DNA of 63,804 nucleotides, the filler included. It is 6 parts of 6 records of this genome, joined end to end, with 100 filler letters (N's around TTAATTAATTAA, not from the genome) between each part and the next. Parts side by side here need not be neighbours in the genome. Positions count along the whole stretch, not along the records: positions 58,600 to 63,804 come from DRR723986_5901; 5 more parts are not named here. The stretch is one strand, 5' to 3'. Positions 58,600 through 63,804 of the stretch are shown one piece after another (the first letter of the stretch is position 1; every line of letters starts with the position of its first letter). The position numbers and the translations under genes are program-made. Below the pieces are notes generated by a model. That model did no database searches and was not told the origin of the DNA. It saw nothing but the letters and a program-made list of their open reading frames with translations.

Positions 58600-59997
58600 A
58601 TCACCTTTCTTCTGAACGGAGAGAGCGTGGAGCTGCGCGGCATCGACCCGATGATGACAGCGCTGGATTGGCTGCGCGAGACGCGGCGCCTGACCGGCAC
58701 CAAAGAGGGCTGCAACGAGGGCGATTGCGGCGCCTGCACCGTCATGCTGAGCTGCGCCACCACCAGCCAGCCGGTCAATGCCTGCATCTTGCTGCTGCCG
58801 CAGCTGCACGGGCGGGCGCTGCGCACGATCGAGGGCATCAGCGGCCCCGACGGGCAGCTGCACCCGGTGCAACAGGCGATGATCACCCACCACGGCAGCC
58901 AATGCGGTTTTTGCACGCCGGGTTTTGTGGCCTCTATGGCTGTGGCACATTTGAACGGTGAAACCGATCACGAAACCGCCCTTGCCGGCAACCTGTGCCG
59001 CTGCACGGGCTATGCGCCTATTTTGCGCGCGGCCCGCGCCAGCCAAAACCTGCCAGTCCCCGAATGGATGCACACCGATCAACAGGCCGCCGCCGCCCTG
59101 GCCTGCCCGCCCCAGGCATGGCTGCCCGAAAGCAGCGATGCGCTGGCGGCGCTTTATATGCAGCACCCCGATGCCACGCTGGTGGGCGGGGCCACAGATG
59201 TGGGGCTGTGGATCACCAAGCAGATGCGCGCGCTGCCAAAGATGATTTTTCTGCACCGCACCCGCGATTTGCAAACCATCACCCCCAGCGATGATGGCGC
59301 CACCCTGCGCATTGGCGCTGGTGTCAGCATGGCGCAGATGCTGCAGATGGCGGCCCGCCATCACCCATCCTATGCCGATCTGATCCGGCGCTACGGCTCG
59401 GCCCAGGTGCGGGCGGCGGCCACGCTGGGGGGCAATATCGCCAATGGATCGCCCATCGGCGATAACCCGCCCGCGCTGATCGCGCTGGGTGCCACGCTGC
59501 ATTTGCGCCGCGGCGATACCCGCCGCACCCTGCCGGCCGAGGCGTTCTTTCTGGACTATGGCAAACAAGACCGGCAAGCAGGCGAATTTATCGAGGCCAT
59601 CACCCTGCCCAGCGCCGCGCCGAACCTGCGGTGTTACAAACTGTCAAAACGCTTTGACCAAGATATCTCGGCCCTGTGCGGGTGTTTTAACCTGCGCATC
59701 GAGGGCGGCACAGAAGGCGGCACCAAAGGCGGCATCGTGCGCGCCGCGCGCATTGCCTTTGGCGGCATGGCCGGCATTCCCAAACGCGCCCACCATGTGG
59801 AACAGGCGCTGCTGGGCCAAACCTGGGATCTAGATACGCTGGCCCGGGCCCAGCACGCCTGGGCCGATGATTTCACACCGCTCAGCGATATGCGCGCAAG
59901 CGCCGCCTATCGCCTGGATAGCGCCCATGGGCTGCTGCTGCGCTATTTCCACGATTTGGCAGGCCAAGCCACCCGCCTGCACGAGGTCATGCCATGA
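58600..59997 (+). CDS. xdhA: Xanthine dehydrogenase Fe-S/FAD subunit (extreme 5' end missing)
   Basis: [31 protein letters not shown]; frame open from the contig edge (ITFLLNG). Confidence 0.95.
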   Translation: MTFLLNGESVELRGIDPMMTALDWLRETRRLTGTKEGCNEGDCGACTVMLSCATTSQPVNACILLLPQLHGRALRTIEGISGPDGQLHPVQQAMITHHGSQCGFCTPGFVASMAVAHLNGETDHETALAGNLCRCTGYAPILRAARASQNLPVPEWMHTDQQAAAALACPPQAWLPESSDALAALYMQHPDATLVGGATDVGLWITKQMRALPKMIFLHRTRDLQTITPSDDGATLRIGAGVSMAQMLQMAARHHPSYADLIRRYGSAQVRAAATLGGNIANGSPIGDNPPALIALGATLHLRRGDTRRTLPAEAFFLDYGKQDRQAGEFIEAITLPSAAPNLRCYKLSKRFDQDISALCGCFNLRIEGGTEGGTKGGIVRAARIAFGGMAGIPKRAHHVEQALLGQTWDLDTLARAQHAWADDFTPLSDMRASAAYRLDSAHGLLLRYFHDLAGQATRLHEVMP

Positions 59998-62297
59998 GCA
60001 CCGGCAAACCCCTGCCCCACGATTCGGCCCAGCTGCATGTCACGGGCCAGGCCCGCTATGTTGATGATATCCCGGTGCCCGCCGGCACGCTGCATCTGGC
60101 CTTTGGCCTGTCTGGCGTTGCCCGTGGGGCGATCACCGCCCTCGATCTGGCCCCGGTGCGCGCGGCCCCTGATGTGGTGGCCGTGCTTTGCGCCGCCGAT
60201 CTGCCCCATGCCAACGATGTATCGCCCGCAGCCCATGACGAGCCGCTTTTGGCGACAGGCCAGGTGCATTACATCGGCCAGCCGATCTTTTTGGTGGTGG
60301 CGCGCAGCCACCGCGCCGCCCAGCGCGCGGCGCGTCTGGCCCAGATCAGCTATGCCCCCGAAACGCCCATTCTTAGCATCGAACAGGCGCTGGCGGCGCA
60401 AAGCTATTTCGAAGGCGGGCCAATCACCTGGGCGATGGGCGATGTAGACACCGCCCTGGCACAGGCGCCCCACCAAGTCAGCGGCCAGATCGAGATCGGC
60501 GGGCAAGAGCATTTCTATCTCGAAGGTCAGGCCGCCCTGGCCCTGCCCGGCGATGATGGCGCCACCCATGTCATCAGCTCAACCCAACACCCAACCGAGG
60601 TGCAGCACAAAGTGGCCGAGGCGCTGGGCCTGCCCATGCATATGGTGCGGGTCGAAACCCGGCGCATGGGCGGTGCCTTTGGCGGCAAGGAAAGCCAGGG
60701 CAATGCCCTGGCCGTGGCCTGCGCGGTGGCAGCGCGTGCCACGGGCCAGCCCTGCAAAATGCGCTATGACCGCGACGATGATATGATGATCACCGGCAAG
60801 CGCCATGATTTCCGCATCACTTATCGCGCAGGGTTTGATGGCCAAGGGCGGCTGTTGGCTGTGGATTTCACCCATTACACCCGCGGCGGCTGGGCCCAAG
60901 ACCTGACATTGCCCGTGGCCGACCGGGCCATGCTGCATGCAGATAACGCCTATTTCATCCCAAATATGCGCATCGAAAGCCACCGTTTGCGCACCAACAC
61001 CCAAAGCGCCACAGCCTTTCGCGGCTTTGGCGGGCCGCAGGGGGTTTTGGGCATCGAACGGGTGATCGACCATATCGCCCATCATTTGGGCCAAGACCCG
61101 CTGCAAATACGCCTGCGCAATTTTTACGATATGGCCAGCAAGGGCAGCGCCAGCCCCCGCATCCGCACCCATTACGGGATGGAGCTGCGCGATTTTGCCC
61201 TGCCCGATATGGCCCGCCAATTGGCGGACAGCGCACACTACACCACCCGCCGCGCCGCTGTGGCCGCATGGAACCGCGACAATGCGCTGATCAAACGCGG
61301 GCTGGCGCTGACGCCGGTGAAATTTGGCATCTCGTTCACCCTGACCCACCTGAACCAAGCCGGCGCCTTGGTGCATATCTATCAAGACGGCTCGGTGCAT
61401 TTAAACCATGGTGGCACGGAAATGGGCCAGGGGCTGAACCAAAAAGTGGCGCAGGTGGCAGCCCATGCGCTGGGCGTGGGGCTAGGCGATATTCGCATCA
61501 CCGCCACAGATACCGACAAGGTGCCAAACACCTCGGCCACCGCGGCCTCTAGCGGATCTGACCTGAACGGCATGGCAGTGGCACAGGCCTGCGCCACCCT
61601 GCGCCAACGCCTGAGCGCGCATCTGGCTGCGCGTTTTGGCGTGGCCGAAAGCGAGATCAGTTTCAGTGATGGCCAGGTGCAGGCAGGCCAAACCACCCTT
61701 AGCTTTGCCCAGGCCGCAGCCAGCGCCTATATGGCGCGCGTCAGCCTGTCGGCCACCGGGTTTTACAAAACCCCCGATATCACCTGGAACCGCCAAACCG
61801 GGCGCGGCCAGCCGTTTTTCTACTTTGCCCATGGCGTAGCCCTGACCGAGGCTGCCATCGATGTGCTGACCGGCGAAACCCGGCTGCTGCGCACCGATAT
61901 TTTGCACGACGCCGGCAACAGCCTGAACCCCGCGTTGGATATCGGGCAGGTCGAGGGCGGCTTTGTGCAAGGCGCAGGCTGGCTGACCATGGAGGAATTG
62001 GTGTGGGATGACACCGGGCGGCTGCGCACCCATGCGCCTTCCACCTACAAGATCCCCGCCACCTCGGATACGCCCGCACAGTTTAACGTGGCGCTTTGGC
62101 CGCAGCCCAACGGGGCCCAGACCATCCACCGCTCGAAAGCCGTGGGCGAGCCGCCCTTTATGCTGGGCATTTCCGCCTTTTTGGCCATTTCCGATGCGAT
62201 CGCAGCCTGCGGGGGCGCATACCCCGCGCTCGATGCCCCGGCCACGCCCGAAACCATCCGCAACGCGGTGAAAGCGCAGGCCACAGATGGGCGTTGA
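59994..62297 (+). CDS. xdhB: Xanthine dehydrogenase molybdopterin subunit
   Basis: [25 protein letters not shown], catalytic GEPP; ATGA overlap with xdhA. Confidence 0.96.
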   Translation: MSTGKPLPHDSAQLHVTGQARYVDDIPVPAGTLHLAFGLSGVARGAITALDLAPVRAAPDVVAVLCAADLPHANDVSPAAHDEPLLATGQVHYIGQPIFLVVARSHRAAQRAARLAQISYAPETPILSIEQALAAQSYFEGGPITWAMGDVDTALAQAPHQVSGQIEIGGQEHFYLEGQAALALPGDDGATHVISSTQHPTEVQHKVAEALGLPMHMVRVETRRMGGAFGGKESQGNALAVACAVAARATGQPCKMRYDRDDDMMITGKRHDFRITYRAGFDGQGRLLAVDFTHYTRGGWAQDLTLPVADRAMLHADNAYFIPNMRIESHRLRTNTQSATAFRGFGGPQGVLGIERVIDHIAHHLGQDPLQIRLRNFYDMASKGSASPRIRTHYGMELRDFALPDMARQLADSAHYTTRRAAVAAWNRDNALIKRGLALTPVKFGISFTLTHLNQAGALVHIYQDGSVHLNHGGTEMGQGLNQKVAQVAAHALGVGLGDIRITATDTDKVPNTSATAASSGSDLNGMAVAQACATLRQRLSAHLAARFGVAESEISFSDGQVQAGQTTLSFAQAAASAYMARVSLSATGFYKTPDITWNRQTGRGQPFFYFAHGVALTEAAIDVLTGETRLLRTDILHDAGNSLNPALDIGQVEGGFVQGAGWLTMEELVWDDTGRLRTHAPSTYKIPATSDTPAQFNVALWPQPNGAQTIHRSKAVGEPPFMLGISAFLAISDAIAACGGAYPALDAPATPETIRNAVKAQATDGR

Positions 62298-63303
62298 TCT
62301 GCAGGGTCTGGCCGATGCCGTGGCCCGGCACGGCCAGGTGGCACGGGTGGTGATTGCGGGCTTTGCCGGCTCGTCCCCGCGCGAGCTGGGCGCAGATATG
62401 CTGGTATGGGCCACAGGCCAAAGCGGCAGCATCGGCGGCGGCGCGCTAGAATTTGCCGCCACCGCGCGCGCCCGTGTGGCCCTGGGCCAGGCGGGCGGTG
62501 CGGGCAGTGCGGGCCGGGCCGATTGGTTTGCCCGCTATGCATTGGGGCCTGACATGGGCCAATGCTGCGGCGGCGCTGTCAGCCTGTTATGCGAAGTTTT
62601 CGACGCCGCGCGCCTGCAGGCACTCAATCGTAACGGGCTTGACGAAACATTGGGCCTCTTTGCCCGGCCCTTGCCCCAAGGTAGCGCCCAGATAAAGGCC
62701 AGCGGGGCGGCCCGATCGCTCGGCTTGGCGCGGGTTTTTGATCGCGCCCGCGCCCAAGGGGTGCCACCACAGGCCCAAATTTGCGATGGCTGGATGATCG
62801 AGCCGCTACAGCGCCCCGGCCAGCCCGTATGGCTGTGGGGGGCGGGGCATGTGGGGCGGGCGCTGGCAACCATTTTAGCGCCCCTGCCCGATATCGCACT
62901 GACATGGGTTGATACCAGCACCGCACGCTTTCCCGCTGAAATTCCCGCCCATGTGGTGGCGCTGCCCGCAGCGCAGCCCGAAAGGCTGCTGCCCCATGCG
63001 CCGCAAACCGCCCAGCACATTATCATGACCTATTCGCACCAGCTGGATCTGGCGCTGTGCGATGGCGCGTTGCGCCATGGCGCGGCGGCGATCGGGCTGA
63101 TCGGCTCGGCCAGCAAATGGGCGCGCTTTCGCAAACGCCTGCAGGCCATGGGCCACAGCCCTGCCGCCATTTCGCGCATAACCTGCCCGATTGGCACACC
63201 AAGCCTGGGCAAACACCCACAAAGCATTGCCATAGGGGTGGCTGCGGCTGTAGTGCAGTGCACAAAACGCATCTCAAGCGGGGAAAGGGTGGCCACAGGG
63301 TGA
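62287..63303 (+). CDS. xdhC: Xanthine dehydrogenase accessory protein
   Basis: GSSPRE, GSIGGGALE, GQCCGG, GAGHVG, GLIGS, CPIG. Confidence 0.93.
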   Translation: MGVDLQGLADAVARHGQVARVVIAGFAGSSPRELGADMLVWATGQSGSIGGGALEFAATARARVALGQAGGAGSAGRADWFARYALGPDMGQCCGGAVSLLCEVFDAARLQALNRNGLDETLGLFARPLPQGSAQIKASGAARSLGLARVFDRARAQGVPPQAQICDGWMIEPLQRPGQPVWLWGAGHVGRALATILAPLPDIALTWVDTSTARFPAEIPAHVVALPAAQPERLLPHAPQTAQHIIMTYSHQLDLALCDGALRHGAAAIGLIGSASKWARFRKRLQAMGHSPAAISRITCPIGTPSLGKHPQSIAIGVAAAVVQCTKRISSGERVATG

Positions 63304-63804
63304 CGGAAATTTTGCTGAAAATCGACGGGCTGACCAAGGCCTACCCGGGCGTTGTGGCCAATGCCGATGTTTCGCTGACCATACGCAAAGGCGAGGTGCA
63401 CGCGCTCTTGGGCGAAAATGGTGCAGGCAAATCAACGCTGGTCAAAATGATCTATGGGCTGGTCAAACCCGATAGCGGCCAAATGATGCTGCGCGGTGCG
63501 CCCTATGCGCCCGCCCAACCGCGGGCGGCGCGCGCCGCCGGCGTGGCGATGGTGTTTCAGCATTTTTCGCTGTTTGACGCGCTGGATGTGGCCGAAAACA
63601 TCGCCCTTGGCATGGAAACACCGCCACCGATGCGCAGCCTGGCCCAGCAGATCCGCCAGGTCAGCGAAACCTATGGCCTGCCGCTGGACCCCTATCGCAC
63701 CGTCGGCGAGCTAAGCGCGGGCGAGCGCCAGCGGGTCGAGATCATTCGCTGCCTGCTGCAATCGCCGCAGCTGTTGATCATGGATGAACCCACCAGCGTG
63801 CTGA
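63300..63804 (+). CDS. Purine/nucleoside ABC transporter ATP-binding protein (CUT2 type), runs off window (not in ORF track)
   Basis: GTGA overlap with xdhC; VTEILLKIDGLTKAYPGVVAN...HALLGENGAGKST...MVFQHF...LSAGERQRVEI...MDEPT. Confidence 0.9.
   Translation, partial: MTEILLKIDGLTKAYPGVVANADVSLTIRKGEVHALLGENGAGKSTLVKMIYGLVKPDSGQMMLRGAPYAPAQPRAARAAGVAMVFQHFSLFDALDVAENIALGMETPPPMRSLAQQIRQVSETYGLPLDPYRTVGELSAGERQRVEIIRCLLQSPQLLIMDEPTSVL

Noticed and set aside
58552-62462. Long antisense ORFs (341, 273 and 326 aa) opposite xdhA/xdhB
   Set aside because: High-GC shadow frames with no recognisable domains.
31572-63303. moaA with xdhABC as a molybdenum-cofactor cluster
   Set aside because: Different contigs with different GC content and taxonomy.
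1-63804. CRISPR arrays, tRNA/rRNA genes, transposases, integrases, prophage or defence genes
   Set aside because: No spaced direct-repeat array or matching motif was seen by eye, and intergenic gaps are mostly short. A tRNAscan/Infernal run would be needed to exclude small RNAs formally.

Overview
This is not one locus. It is six unrelated contigs joined by five identical artificial 100-bp linkers (N44-TTAATTAATTAA-N44), so gene neighbourhoods only mean something within a contig. (1) 1-14057, AT-richer alphaproteobacterium: (rpsB)-tsf-pyrH-frr-uppS-cdsA-dxr-rseP-bamA-skp-fabZ, then convergent gltA and gltX, then divergent comEC. The lipid A genes lpxD/lpxA/lpxI/lpxB that normally sit in this cluster are cleanly missing, and BamA has a large surface-loop insertion with two EF-hand-type Ca2+-binding motifs. 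(2) 14158-21963, Marinobacter-like: pyrE, DUF4124, a phasin/H1-tail protein, DUF2782, polA, fadL, pilU. (3) 22064-31673, Marinobacter: wax ester synthase, a FabR/DesT-regulated desaturase pair, an NsrR-controlled NO module (74-aa membrane protein-ybaN-nsrR divergent from ytfE-qNor), and the start of moaA. (4) 31774-50370, FCB-group bacterium (Ignavibacteria/Kapabacteria-like, inferred): ABC exporter, DsbD with a duplicated alpha domain, lepA, three tandem signal peptidase I genes, a DUF2723/TMEM260-like GT-C glycosyltransferase, an NmrA/AraC pair, and two T9SS cargo proteins, one with a 16-Cys domain I do not recognise. (5) 50471-58499, Burkholderiales-like: hybrid kinase, YeeE/YedE pair, stand-alone MnmC oxidase domain, topB, dprA, def, fmt. 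(6) 58600-63804, high-GC Rhodobacteraceae-like: xdhABC and a purine/nucleoside ABC ATPase. I saw no rRNA, tRNA, CRISPR array or mobile element. The best candidates for new biology are the lpx-less envelope operon with a Ca2+-loop BamA (contig 1) and the dsbD-lepA-lepB x3-DUF2723 protein-maturation cluster (contig 4). All calls are from motif and synteny recognition by eye; no searches were run.
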